A DNA stretch of 64,000 bases from Candidatus Nomurabacteria bacterium GW2011_GWE2_34_25 (GCA_000990325.1 LBPS01000008.1:97-64096), one strand, 5' to 3'; numbered from the stretch's first letter, positions 50,639 to 59,759 are shown. Numbers and translations: made by a program. Notes: generated by a model not told the origin, from the sequence alone.

Positions 50639-51202
50639 ATGAATACATTATATAAAAGTTCTGCATTTATGACTTATCTTCAATATGTTATAAGTCCAGT
50701 AATATTAGGGTTATGTTTATATGGTTTTTATTATTTTTTTACTACAGGTAATACTGTTGAAAGTATACCAGTGTATTATTTGCCAATAATGGTTTGGGTC
50801 TCAATTGTTGTTATTATAAATATTATAAAATTAAGATATATAGAAGTTATTGCAAATAATATTTTAATTAAAAGTATAAGTGGAGAAAGAGTTTTAGATT
50901 ATAAGGACATAGAATGGATCAATCAGAATATTTTTGGTTCAAATTGGTACATACTTTCAATCAAATATAAAGATATTAAAACAGGTCAATCAAAAAGCAT
51001 TTTTGTATTTCCTGAAATGTATTCTATTAGAGAGAGGATAACAATGTTTGGTGAATTAAACATTACGAAGTATATAAGAGAACAAATCATTAAAGCTAAT
51101 CCTTCATATAATATCGAAAACGAGCCTTCTCGTTGGTATCTAGTTAAGTGGGTTTTCTTGTCTGTCATTCCTTTCCTTTTGGCTTCATTTCTATTGGTTT
51201 AA
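50639..51202 (+). CDS. Hypothetical membrane protein
   Basis: Three hydrophobic segments, AT-rich. Confidence 0.65.
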   Translation: MNTLYKSSAFMTYLQYVISPVILGLCLYGFYYFFTTGNTVESIPVYYLPIMVWVSIVVIINIIKLRYIEVIANNILIKSISGERVLDYKDIEWINQNIFGSNWYILSIKYKDIKTGQSKSIFVFPEMYSIRERITMFGELNITKYIREQIIKANPSYNIENEPSRWYLVKWVFLSVIPFLLASFLLV

Positions 51203-51206
51203 AAAT

Positions 51207-51449
51207 ATGGTAAAGAATCAATGGAAAAAGGAGAATAATTCACTAGTAAAAACCTTTACATTTAAAGGGTTTGTTGAAGCTGTAGACTTTGTAAACAAGA
51301 TTGTTCCTCTAGTTGAGAAAGTACAACATCATCCAGATATAGAAATTTTCTCTTACAAGAAAGTCAAAGTGAAGCTAACTACACACGAAAAAGATAAAGT
51401 GACAGCAAGAGACACATCTCTATCTAAAAAAATTGATAAAATAAAATAA
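51207..51449 (+). CDS. Pterin-4a-carbinolamine dehydratase
   Basis: KTFTFKGF, QHHPDI, LTTHE, VTARD. Confidence 0.9.
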   Translation: MVKNQWKKENNSLVKTFTFKGFVEAVDFVNKIVPLVEKVQHHPDIEIFSYKKVKVKLTTHEKDKVTARDTSLSKKIDKIK

Positions 51450-51467
51450 CAAAATTCCCACCAGTCA

Positions 51468-51510
51468 AACTTAAAACTCCCCTAGGCCGTGCCTAGGGGA
51501 GTTTTAAGTT
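51468..51510. terminator. 20-bp perfect stem hairpin between convergent genes
   Basis: aacttaaaactcccctaggc-cgt-gcctaggggagttttaagtt. Confidence 0.7.
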
Positions 51511-51515
51511 GATTA

Positions 51516-53027
51516 TTATTTCAAGATTTTTATATCAGCACCGATGGCATTTAATCGGTCAGCGATTTCTTCATAACCACGACTTATCATATATATGTTA
51601 CGGAGAATAGAGGTACCAGATGCGCTCAACATTCCGATAAGGATTATCATGGCGGGGCGAAGAGCAGGAGGGCAGACAACTTGAGCTGCCTTGAGAGGTG
51701 TGCCTCCTTGGATATATACTCTGTGTGGATCTGCTAGTGTAATACTGGCCCCAAGGCGGTTTAATTCTGTAAAGTATATAGCACGGTTCTCGTATAGCCA
51801 ATCATGGATCATCGTCTGACCCTTGGCCTTAATGGCAATCGGTACAAAGAATGGAAGGTTGTCCATGTTTATCCCTGGGTAAGGGTTAGCGTGTATTTTG
51901 TCATCTAATGCTTTAAGCTTAGAAGGGAAGACATGCAAATCTATCAAATTTGTTCTGTCATTATAGGATTTATATTTCTTAAGAATTTTGTATTTCAATC
52001 CCATTCTTTTTAATTTTTCAAGTTCAAGAGAAAGGAAGTCAATAGGGCAACGATTGATTATAAGTTCTGAATCAGTTGCAATAGCCGCTGATATGAACAT
52101 CATCGATTCAATAGGGTCTTCACTATTTGTATATTCTATGTCCATATCGATATCTTTTACTCCGTGAACAACAAGAGTTGAAGTCCCAATGCCATCTATT
52201 TGCACCCCTAAATTTTCAAGGAAGAAGCAAATTTCTTGGACCATGTAGTTGGCGCTAGCGAATCTAATAGTCGTTGTGCCGTCTATTTTAGCGACAGCTG
52301 TTAGAATGTTCTCACAAGCTGTATCTCCAGCTTCATACATTATAATGTTTGCTGGTTTAAGCTTCTTAGTCTCTATTTTATATTCTGAATTAGTTGTCTT
52401 TATTTTAGCCCCTAAATCTTCTAGGGCATAAGTGTGAGCTGATATGGTACGCTTGCCAAGTTTGCACCCAGAAGCATGAGGAATAGAGAATGATGGAAGG
52501 AGGTGTATAAGTGGACCGATAAGCATGATGACCGAGCGGGTTATAATAGCGGATTCCACATTTATTTTATCGAGATTAAATTTGACCGGCGGAGTAATCA
52601 ATACAGAGTTGTTGTCTATCCATTTTACAGAAACACCAATACTTTCCAGTATTTCTATGACTCTGTAAACTTCTTCTATACGAGCTATACCATGAAGTGT
52701 TGTTTTACCTTTATTTAGAAGGGAAGCACAGAGAAGACCGACTGCTCCATTCTTGGAAAAGTTGGTATTGATACTACCGCTTAATTTTCGTCCGCCCGTA
52801 ATTTTAAAGTCAATAGATTCATTTATAGAAACAATCTGGTGATTTAGGACCTCACTTATTTTCCCCAATGTTTCAGTACTAAAATTTTGCTCACCCTTTT
52901 CCATTCGGGCCACTGCACTTTGAGAAGTCTCCAATTCTTTGGCAAAAACTTCTTGGGTCATATTCTTCCTTTCTCGTAATTCCTTAATAAAAAGCCCTAT
53001 TTTTTGTTGTTCTGTCTGTTTTTTCAT
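51516..53027 (-). CDS. murA: UDP-N-acetylglucosamine 1-carboxyvinyltransferase with an N-terminal XRE-type HTH
   Basis: HTH (TSQSAVARMEKGEQN), then SKNGA, GCKLGKR, PYPG, YENR, RGYE. Confidence 0.9.
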   Translation of the reverse strand: MKKQTEQQKIGLFIKELRERKNMTQEVFAKELETSQSAVARMEKGEQNFSTETLGKISEVLNHQIVSINESIDFKITGGRKLSGSINTNFSKNGAVGLLCASLLNKGKTTLHGIARIEEVYRVIEILESIGVSVKWIDNNSVLITPPVKFNLDKINVESAIITRSVIMLIGPLIHLLPSFSIPHASGCKLGKRTISAHTYALEDLGAKIKTTNSEYKIETKKLKPANIIMYEAGDTACENILTAVAKIDGTTTIRFASANYMVQEICFFLENLGVQIDGIGTSTLVVHGVKDIDMDIEYTNSEDPIESMMFISAAIATDSELIINRCPIDFLSLELEKLKRMGLKYKILKKYKSYNDRTNLIDLHVFPSKLKALDDKIHANPYPGINMDNLPFFVPIAIKAKGQTMIHDWLYENRAIYFTELNRLGASITLADPHRVYIQGGTPLKAAQVVCPPALRPAMIILIGMLSASGTSILRNIYMISRGYEEIADRLNAIGADIKILK

Positions 53028-53091
53028 AATTTTCTAATAATTATTAATATGTCTATTTACAATTATATCTCATATATGATATAATTGCAAT

Positions 53092-54126
53092 ATGGTGGAG
53101 ATACAAGAATATGTGGATATCAAAAATTACTCGACTCTACATGCAGGAGGGCAATTTCGCTACTTCGCTACTATATCTTCTGTTCAAGAACTTACATCGG
53201 CATGTGCGATCGTTCATGGTGATGTAAAATACAAAAATATTTCTATCTTTATTTTAGGCGGAGGCTCCAATATGATTTTCTCTGATGGAGTTCTTCCGGT
53301 ACTGGCTTTAAAGATTGAGATTAATGGTTTTGAAATAATTAATGAGACAAATGAGTACACCGATATAAAAGTTGGGGCTGGGGAAAATTGGGACCAGATA
53401 GTAAAGATGACTGTCGACATGAATTTGTCGGGAATTGAAGCTCTTTCTGCCATACCAGGAATAGTTGGAGCGAGTCCTGTCCAAAATATTGGAGCTTATG
53501 GATCTGAAGTCAAAGACACAATTTTAGAAGTAGAAGTATTTGATATAAAAAAAGGATTAATCACCATGCTTTCAAACGAAGAATGTAAATTTAGTTATAG
53601 AGATAGTATTTTTAAAAGAGAAGCTAGGGGGAAATATGTTATTACGCAGGTTACATATAGATTGTCAAAATCAATGCCCGTGTTGCCAGATTATCCAGGA
53701 GTCAAGAAATATTTTATCGAAAATAATTTTAATAGTCCAACTCCCAAAAATATTCGTCAAGCGGTTATAAGTATTAGGCAAGGTAAATTACCTAATCCAA
53801 AAGAAATACCAAATGTTGGTTCTTTTTTCAAGAATCCAATAGTAGAGAAAACTATTGCTGATAAAATAAAAATGAAATTTCCTAACGTAAAACTTTTCCC
53901 GATTGACAGGAACTTTACAAAAATTCCGGCTGGTTTTCTTATAGAAAATGCAGGACTCAAAGGAAGGTCTTTTGGAAAAGTTTCTATTTACGAAAAGAAT
54001 GCCCTTGTTTTAATAAATACGCTCGATGCTACATCCCAAGATATAATTTCCGCCCGTGATGAAATTATTAGAATAGTTAAAGATAAATTTGGAATTGAGC
54101 TTGTTCAAGAACCAGAGATTTTATAA
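53092..54126 (+). CDS. murB: UDP-N-acetylmuramate dehydrogenase
   Basis: LGGGSN, IPGIVGASPVQNIGAYG, FSYRDSIFK, GSFFKNP. Confidence 0.96.
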   Translation: MVEIQEYVDIKNYSTLHAGGQFRYFATISSVQELTSACAIVHGDVKYKNISIFILGGGSNMIFSDGVLPVLALKIEINGFEIINETNEYTDIKVGAGENWDQIVKMTVDMNLSGIEALSAIPGIVGASPVQNIGAYGSEVKDTILEVEVFDIKKGLITMLSNEECKFSYRDSIFKREARGKYVITQVTYRLSKSMPVLPDYPGVKKYFIENNFNSPTPKNIRQAVISIRQGKLPNPKEIPNVGSFFKNPIVEKTIADKIKMKFPNVKLFPIDRNFTKIPAGFLIENAGLKGRSFGKVSIYEKNALVLINTLDATSQDIISARDEIIRIVKDKFGIELVQEPEIL

Positions 54127-54133
54127 TTAAAAA

Positions 54134-54167
54134 TTACAATTAAGAAACGGCCGTTTCTTAATTGTAA
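54134..54167. repeat. 34-bp perfect palindrome between murB and tRNA-Leu
   Basis: ttacaattaagaaacgg/ccgtttcttaattgtaa. Confidence 0.7.
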
Positions 54168-54202
54168 AACAGCTAAACTTTAAAATTCAGCTGTTTTGTT
54201 TG

Positions 54203-54284
54203 TGCCGGAGGAGGGACTCGAACCCTCAAGTCTTGCGACACGCGATTTTGAGTCGCGCATGGTTACCAATTTCATCACTCCGGC
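54203..54284 (-). tRNA. tRNA-Leu(CAA)
   Basis: Long variable arm; anticodon arm CGCGA-CTCAAAA-TCGCG; discriminator A. Confidence 0.95.
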
Positions 54285-54358
54285 AATATTAGTATTCTAA
54301 CAGAAAAGCCAGAAAAATCAATTTTGAAAAATTCTCTTATTTGGCGTATAGTAGTTGT

Positions 54359-55462
54359 ATGGTTCAAAAAGCTAAAAAACTTAAAATAGCCTTAGTGTTT
54401 GGGGGTAAGTCTGTTGAACACGAAGTGTCTTTACAATCAGTTAGAAATATTATAGATGCTCTAGACAAAACAAAATATGAAATTGTTTTAGTTGGAATAA
54501 ACAAAGATGGTTCTTGGAGTTTAAAAGACCGAAACAATTTCTTATTAAATTCAACTAATCCAAAACTTATAGCACTTAATAAAAACAGTACAAAATCAAA
54601 AGACATAGAAAATAGTTTAGCTATAATATCTCAAGAAGAAAAAAGGGGGAAGATTGATGTTGTATTTCCTGTTTTGCATGGACCATATGGTGAAGATGGT
54701 ACAATGCAGGGATTTTTAAAATTGGCTGGGATTCCTTTTGTTGGACCTTCTGTCTTGGGTTCATCTATAGGTTTTGATAAAGATATAACTAAAAGATTAT
54801 TGAGTGAAGCTGGAATTCCAAATACTAAATTTATTTCATTTAGAAATGGGGATGGTATTTCTTTTTTAAAAGTTAAAAAAATATTAGGATTACCAATGAT
54901 AGTCAAACCAGCAAATGCTGGGTCTTCTGTAGGTATTAATAAAATTTCAAATGAGAAAGAATTTAAGAAGGCAATCAAAGAAGCTTTTCTATTTGATTCG
55001 AAAATTATAATAGAAAAATTTATTGAGGGTAAAAGGGAAATAGAATGTGCTGTTTTGGGGAATGAAAATCCAAAAGCTTCTGTGTGTGGAGAAGTTATTA
55101 CTGATTCTAAGCATAAGTTTTATTCTTATGAAGCAAAATATATTGACGAGATAGGAGCTAAACTAGAAATACCTGCCAATATATCAAAAAGTCTTCAAAG
55201 GAAAATTCAAGACCTAGCAATTAAAACATTTAAGGTATTAGAGCTTGAAGGAATGGCTCGAGTGGATTTCTTTATTGATAAAAAAGGTAAAATATTTGTA
55301 AATGAAGTTAATACTATTCCAGGGTTTACAAATATAAGTATGTATCCTGCACTTTGGAAAGCGAGTGGATTGTCGTATACTAAACTAATTGATGAATTAG
55401 TTGATTTAGCGATAGAAAGATTTAATAGAGAGCAGAAACTGAAAACTTCTTATAATAAATAA
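54359..55462 (+). CDS. ddl: D-alanine--D-alanine ligase (DdlA-type), second copy
   Basis: FGGKSVEHEVSL, PVLHGPYGEDG, GSSVG, NEVNTIPGFT. Confidence 0.95.
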   Translation: MVQKAKKLKIALVFGGKSVEHEVSLQSVRNIIDALDKTKYEIVLVGINKDGSWSLKDRNNFLLNSTNPKLIALNKNSTKSKDIENSLAIISQEEKRGKIDVVFPVLHGPYGEDGTMQGFLKLAGIPFVGPSVLGSSIGFDKDITKRLLSEAGIPNTKFISFRNGDGISFLKVKKILGLPMIVKPANAGSSVGINKISNEKEFKKAIKEAFLFDSKIIIEKFIEGKREIECAVLGNENPKASVCGEVITDSKHKFYSYEAKYIDEIGAKLEIPANISKSLQRKIQDLAIKTFKVLELEGMARVDFFIDKKGKIFVNEVNTIPGFTNISMYPALWKASGLSYTKLIDELVDLAIERFNREQKLKTSYNK

Positions 55463-55466
55463 TAAA

Positions 55467-56600
55467 ATGCAAAACAAATCACTTTCATACATAGAAATCT
55501 CAAAAGATAATTTGATACACAATATCAGGCAGTTTAGAGTTCTTTTGAAGAATAAGACGAAAATTGCTGTAGTGGTGAAGGCCAATGCTTACGGTCATGG
55601 AGACATGGAGGTAGCCAAGATCGTAAATCCTTACGTGGATTATTTTCAGGTAGATAGTATAGAGGAGGCCGAGAGAGTAAGAAAGGTAAGCAAGAAACCT
55701 ATTCTAATATTTGGATATACAAATGAAGATGGGGTAAAAAGAGCTATAAAGATAGGGGCGATAATTTCTGCTTTTGATTTGATACATCTTTTGAAGATTA
55801 ATCGTGTTGCAGAAATTTCTAAAAAGAAAATAAAAGTTCATCTTGCGATAGATTCGTATTTAGGCAGAGAGGGTATCATGCCTTCTCAAGTAGAGAATAT
55901 AATAAAAGAAATAAAAAATTTAAATAATATAGTTTTAGATGGAGTATATTCACATTTTGCAAACATCGAGGATACAATGAATTCTACTCATGCCAACAGA
56001 CAGATAGATACATATCATAAGTGTGTAGAGATTTTTAGGGAAAATGGTTACAAAAATATCAATACACACATATCAGCGACTTCAGGGATTTTGGTTTATG
56101 AAAAAGGGGATAATTTACACAGTATTGTTCGTCTTGGTATTGGGCTTTATGGTATGTGGCCAAGTGAACACTTGGAATATTTGAATAAAAAGAAAATAAA
56201 TTTGAAGCCAGTTTTGAAATGGGTCACTCATGTTGCTCAAGTGAAAGTTATCCCTGCCAATCATCCCATAGGTTATGGTCTGACTTACATTACCAAGAAA
56301 GCGACCAAGATAGCCGTCATTCCTCAGGGCTATTACGATGGGCTCACGCGTTCAATGTCTAATAATGGGGAATTCTTGATAAGAGGCAAAAAAGCGAAGA
56401 TTATAGGCCGAGTTGCCATGAATATGATCGTAGTAGATGTATCACACATTAAAGATGTTCGAGCAGATGATGAGGTGGTTATAATAGGCATACAAGGTAA
56501 AGCTAAAATCACAGCTGAAGATATGGCGAAAAGGATGGATACTATAAATTATGAAGTAACTACGAAAATAAGTGCCTTATTGCCAAGAGTGATTATATAA
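55467..56600 (+). CDS. alr: Alanine racemase
   Basis: AVVKANAYGHG PLP lysine, GYYDG, GRVAMN, TINYE. Confidence 0.97.
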   Translation: MQNKSLSYIEISKDNLIHNIRQFRVLLKNKTKIAVVVKANAYGHGDMEVAKIVNPYVDYFQVDSIEEAERVRKVSKKPILIFGYTNEDGVKRAIKIGAIISAFDLIHLLKINRVAEISKKKIKVHLAIDSYLGREGIMPSQVENIIKEIKNLNNIVLDGVYSHFANIEDTMNSTHANRQIDTYHKCVEIFRENGYKNINTHISATSGILVYEKGDNLHSIVRLGIGLYGMWPSEHLEYLNKKKINLKPVLKWVTHVAQVKVIPANHPIGYGLTYITKKATKIAVIPQGYYDGLTRSMSNNGEFLIRGKKAKIIGRVAMNMIVVDVSHIKDVRADDEVVIIGIQGKAKITAEDMAKRMDTINYEVTTKISALLPRVII

Positions 56601-56710
56601 AAGGTGAAAATGTTTAAAATTTACGAGTAGGTGTGGGCGCGCCGTAGCGTAACGAAGTGAAGCGGAGAGGGATAAGCGAGTAAATTTGAAACATTTTCAC
56701 CTTTTATATA
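56594..56710. repeat. Family B palindromic element, intergenic (alr-rpmG)
   Basis: 31-bp arms (30/31 match) 56594-56624 / 56680-56710, the left arm including the alr stop; core gtaggtgtgggcgcgccg...cggagagggataagcga matches the reverse strand of the uvrB insert. Confidence 0.8.
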
Positions 56711-56750
56711 CTAGTTGCATTTTTATGAGTTTTATAGTATTGTATGCAAT

Positions 56751-56909
56751 ATGTCACAAGATAGACTTTTCAAATTAGGCTGTACTAAATGCAAGCGCAT
56801 TAACTACTGGTCAAGCAAAAACAAGAAACTCGTTACTAAAAAGATCGAGCTCAAGAAGTATTGCAAATGGTGTAAAGTAAACACTAAACACAAAGAGGTT
56901 AAAAAGTAA
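56751..56909 (+). CDS. rpmG: 50S ribosomal protein L33
   Basis: CTKC...NY...KNKK...IELKKYCKWC...HKE. Confidence 0.95.
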   Translation: MSQDRLFKLGCTKCKRINYWSSKNKKLVTKKIELKKYCKWCKVNTKHKEVKK

Positions 56910-56962
56910 AAAATCCCCATCTGGGGATTTTTTACTTTTTATGCTATATTATGTACGTTATT

Positions 56963-57033
56963 GGGCGATTAGTTTAGTGGTAGAACGATGGTCTCCAAAA
57001 CCATTGGTGGGGGTCCGATTCCTCCATCGCCCG
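56963..57033 (+). tRNA. tRNA-Trp(CCA)
   Basis: GGGCGAT/ATCGCCC acceptor stem, discriminator G, ATGGT-CTCCAAA-ACCAT; usual position after rpmG. Confidence 0.93.
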
Positions 57034-57180
57034 CAAGAAAATAAACAAGATGTTATCTTGTCTATTTTAGATGGAAGAATCGGAAGACGGAGGCTGACGA
57101 GCCGAGTTGGGGTCGAGAGATTTTTCAGCAGAAAAATAATCGTGACCGAAAGTGTAATCACGATTCCTCCATCGTTCGCA
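57014..57180 (+). mobile_element. Family A palindromic element behind tRNA-Trp
   Basis: tRNA 3' end, hairpin 57038-57068, inverted tRNA-end copy 57070-57084, core from 57084, direct tRNA-end copy 57161-57180. Confidence 0.72.
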
Positions 57181-57182
57181 GT

Positions 57183-58136
57183 TTATTTCAAAAACTTTTT
57201 TATTTCTTTCAAAGCTTTTGCTTCTTCAGATTTTTTAGTTGGATTTATCCAAATAGTATTTAAATCACGCTTAAACCATGTTTTTTGGCGTTTGGCATAG
57301 TGCCATGTTTCAGTATTTATTTTTTCTATCATATCATCTCTTGAAATTTTCTTTTGTAAATACTGTGCCCCATATCTATATTCAAGTCCTAGAGCCTCCA
57401 TTCTCTTCCATGACAATCCAGCCTTATGAAGATTCTCAATCTCTTTCAGCATTCCTTTCTTAATACGGGCAAGTAGGCGAGCCTGGATTCTCTCTTTTAG
57501 TATTTCATCTGGTACAGTAAGTCCAATTTTTAAAACCTCAAATTTCGGGAGTTTAGAAACCTCTACAAACTCTGCCATGGCAGAGTTTGTAGAGGTTTTA
57601 TTATTTATTATTTTAGGGATTTTACCCAAGGCTTTAGCTATTTCTATAGCACGAATTAGGCGGACAGGATTGTTTATATCAATATTTTTTGCTCTCTCTT
57701 TATCTAACTTTTTTAATATTTTAAAAAGTTCCCCCGTAGATTTTTTAGAAAGTTCTTCGCGAAGTTCCTTATTGGGAGGGACTTCAGGGAAGGTTACTCC
57801 ATTTACAACTGCATCTATGTAGAAGCCTGTACCACCACAAATTATTGGAATCTTTTTATTTTTTATTATTTTTTTGATTTTCTTATCGACGAGTTTTTTA
57901 AAATCAGAGACAGTAAAAACTTTTTTTGGTGAAGCTACATCAAGCAAATGGTGAAGCACACCCTTCCTCTCTTTCTTTGTTATTTTCCCTGTACCCAAGT
58001 CCATACCTTTATACACTTGCCTAGAATCAGCAGAGATTATTTCTCCTCCTATTTCTTTAGCAACTTCCACAGCAAAATCACTCTTACCAGTGGAAGTTTG
58101 ACCTAGAATTACAATAATTTTGGGCTTTATTTTCAT
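57183..58136 (-). CDS. miaA: tRNA dimethylallyltransferase with an in-frame palindrome
   Basis: GQTSTGKS, ISADSRQVYKGMDLGTGK, GGTGFY, YAKRQKTWF; true start probably ATG 58136. Confidence 0.96.
   Translation of the reverse strand: MKIKPKIIVILGQTSTGKSDFAVEVAKEIGGEIISADSRQVYKGMDLGTGKITKKERKGVLHHLLDVASPKKVFTVSDFKKLVDKKIKKIIKNKKIPIICGGTGFYIDAVVNGVTFPEVPPNKELREELSKKSTGELFKILKKLDKERAKNIDINNPVRLIRAIEIAKALGKIPKIINNKTSTNSAMAEFVEVSKLPKFEVLKIGLTVPDEILKERIQARLLARIKKGMLKEIENLHKAGLSWKRMEALGLEYRYGAQYLQKKISRDDMIEKINTETWHYAKRQKTWFKRDLNTIWINPTKKSEEAKALKEIKKFLK
57557..57598. repeat. 42-bp perfect palindrome inside miaA
   Basis: aaacctctacaaactctgcca/tggcagagtttgtagaggttt. Confidence 0.85.
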
Positions 58137-58140
58137 TTTG

Positions 58141-58263
58141 TGTGTGAATATATAAATTAGCTTCTTTCGAAATGCACACATAATTTTCTGCTGAAAATTT
58201 GCTCTTCTCGACCCGTCGGTCTCCGAAAGGCATTTCTTAAGAACTAATTTATATATTCGCATA
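58141..58263 (-). mobile_element. Family A palindromic element upstream of miaA
   Basis: Arms 58141-58175 / 58230-58263; minus-strand core cgga-gacc-GACG-ggtc-gag...aattttc-AGCA-gaaaatt. Confidence 0.72.
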
Positions 58264-58294
58264 AATATCACTTTTTTGCTATAATCAATCTATT

Positions 58295-58597
58295 ATGGGA
58301 TTTAAATCATTTATAACAAAAAAGGCTCTTCAAATGAAGGGAATGTCTGCCGATCAAGCAGAAGCAATAGCAAAGCAACTAGACGAAAATCCGGAAATTG
58401 CCGAGAGTTTAAAGGCTTTAGAAAGCAATAAGGAAGTCAAAGAACTTTTTGAGAAAATTACAAAAGAAATAGAAGAGAAGAAGAAAGCTGGTACGGCTGA
58501 GCAATACGCAGCGATTTTAGTTATGAACAAATACAAAGCTGAAATCATGAAGCATCGCGAAGCCCTCGCTCCACTCCTAAGTTTGATGCAGAAATAA
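58295..58597 (+). CDS. Hypothetical helical protein
   Basis: 100-aa ORF with TATAAT just upstream. Confidence 0.7.
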   Translation: MGFKSFITKKALQMKGMSADQAEAIAKQLDENPEIAESLKALESNKEVKELFEKITKEIEEKKKAGTAEQYAAILVMNKYKAEIMKHREALAPLLSLMQK

Positions 58598-58602
58598 TAT
58601 TC

Positions 58603-59436
58603 ATGATTGGCATTATTTTAGCAACATTGGGAACTTTTTTTGATGAAATCTCTCTTTCTTTTGGAAAGTGGGCTGTATCACACAACAAAGAAAATATTTA
58701 TACTTTTGGTTTTTTAAATTTCTTTTGGATGTTAATAATATTCATTATTTTTGCTATAGCCAAAAATAGTTTTATTTTTGACCCTGCTTCTATACCACTC
58801 TTTATCGTCTTAATAATTTTAGAAATTGCCCAAGTCTACTCGTCTTTAAATGCGATAGTCAAAGCCGACAGAAGTACTTCTGGATTTTTGTTGATTATCA
58901 CGATCCCTCTTTTGTTGATTGTTGATACTTTTTTGGGTTATAAAATAGGGATATATAGTCTATTGGGAGTTGTTGTTATCATAGTTGGTCTTATAATTTT
59001 ACTCACAAATCATGGTTTAAATAAAAAAGGTATATGGTATGTTATCTTCAGTGCTGTGAATGCTGTAGCCACTATCTCTATTTACAAATATTGTATTACT
59101 CATTACAACTCAGTCGAAGCTCAACAGATAATTATTTCTGTTTTCATGCTGATTTTCTTGTACATAATGTCAGTTTGGAAATCAAAAGAAAGTCCCTTAA
59201 AATATATTTTCAAAAAAGAATTTTTTATACGATCAGTTAGTATGGGTATTGGCAGTGTGATTATAAGTTTCGCTTATCTCTTTGCTCCATCTTCAATTAT
59301 AACTTCAGCCAAGAGGGCATCTTCTATTTTGTGGTCTATAATTTCTGGTAATCATTACTTTCACGAAAAGCATATTTTAGTTAAAATTACAGCCTTTCTT
59401 CTAATAATTGTTGGGCTAGCTTTAATGCTTTTTTAA
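58603..59436 (+). CDS. EamA/DMT-like membrane protein
   Basis: About 10 TM helices in two repeats, ending FHEK...L. Confidence 0.7.
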   Translation: MIGIILATLGTFFDEISLSFGKWAVSHNKENIYTFGFLNFFWMLIIFIIFAIAKNSFIFDPASIPLFIVLIILEIAQVYSSLNAIVKADRSTSGFLLIITIPLLLIVDTFLGYKIGIYSLLGVVVIIVGLIILLTNHGLNKKGIWYVIFSAVNAVATISIYKYCITHYNSVEAQQIIISVFMLIFLYIMSVWKSKESPLKYIFKKEFFIRSVSMGIGSVIISFAYLFAPSSIITSAKRASSILWSIISGNHYFHEKHILVKITAFLLIIVGLALMLF

Positions 59437-59480
59437 GCTTAATAAAAAATCAGGAGGTAACTTTCGTTACCTCCCTCGAT

Positions 59481-59759
59481 TTATGTTATCTTGGATATTT
59501 CTTCCAATAGATCGGCGCTAGCGTCCGGTTCTACAGGTAATAAAACTTGTTCGGCGGGGAAAGGCCCACAGCAACTTCTTTTATAAAAATCTGATAGTTT
59601 TTTAGCTATCTCTGGGTATTTTGTTTTAAACTCTAAAGAGAAATTTTTTATACCCATCTCTTCAATATCAATAGCTCTATCGCTATCTTTTAGAGTATAA
59701 TAAATCTTGTTACCATCTATACCCTTACTACGAATAATAATCTTTTCAGTTTTTTCCAT
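59481..59759 (-). CDS. Hypothetical protein
   Basis: 92-aa ORF, no known motif. Confidence 0.5.
   Translation of the reverse strand: MEKTEKIIIRSKGIDGNKIYYTLKDSDRAIDIEEMGIKNFSLEFKTKYPEIAKKLSDFYKRSCCGPFPAEQVLLPVEPDASADLLEEISKIT

Noticed and set aside
31971-55462. Vancomycin-resistance (D-Ala-D-Lac) ligase
   Set aside because: Both Ddl proteins keep the omega-loop EAKY tyrosine, and no vanH/vanX/vanRS genes are present.
58137-58271. 45-aa N-terminal extension of MiaA in the ORF track
   Set aside because: It is the family A element read through; MiaA homology starts at ATG 58136. Translation from the upstream ATG cannot be fully excluded.
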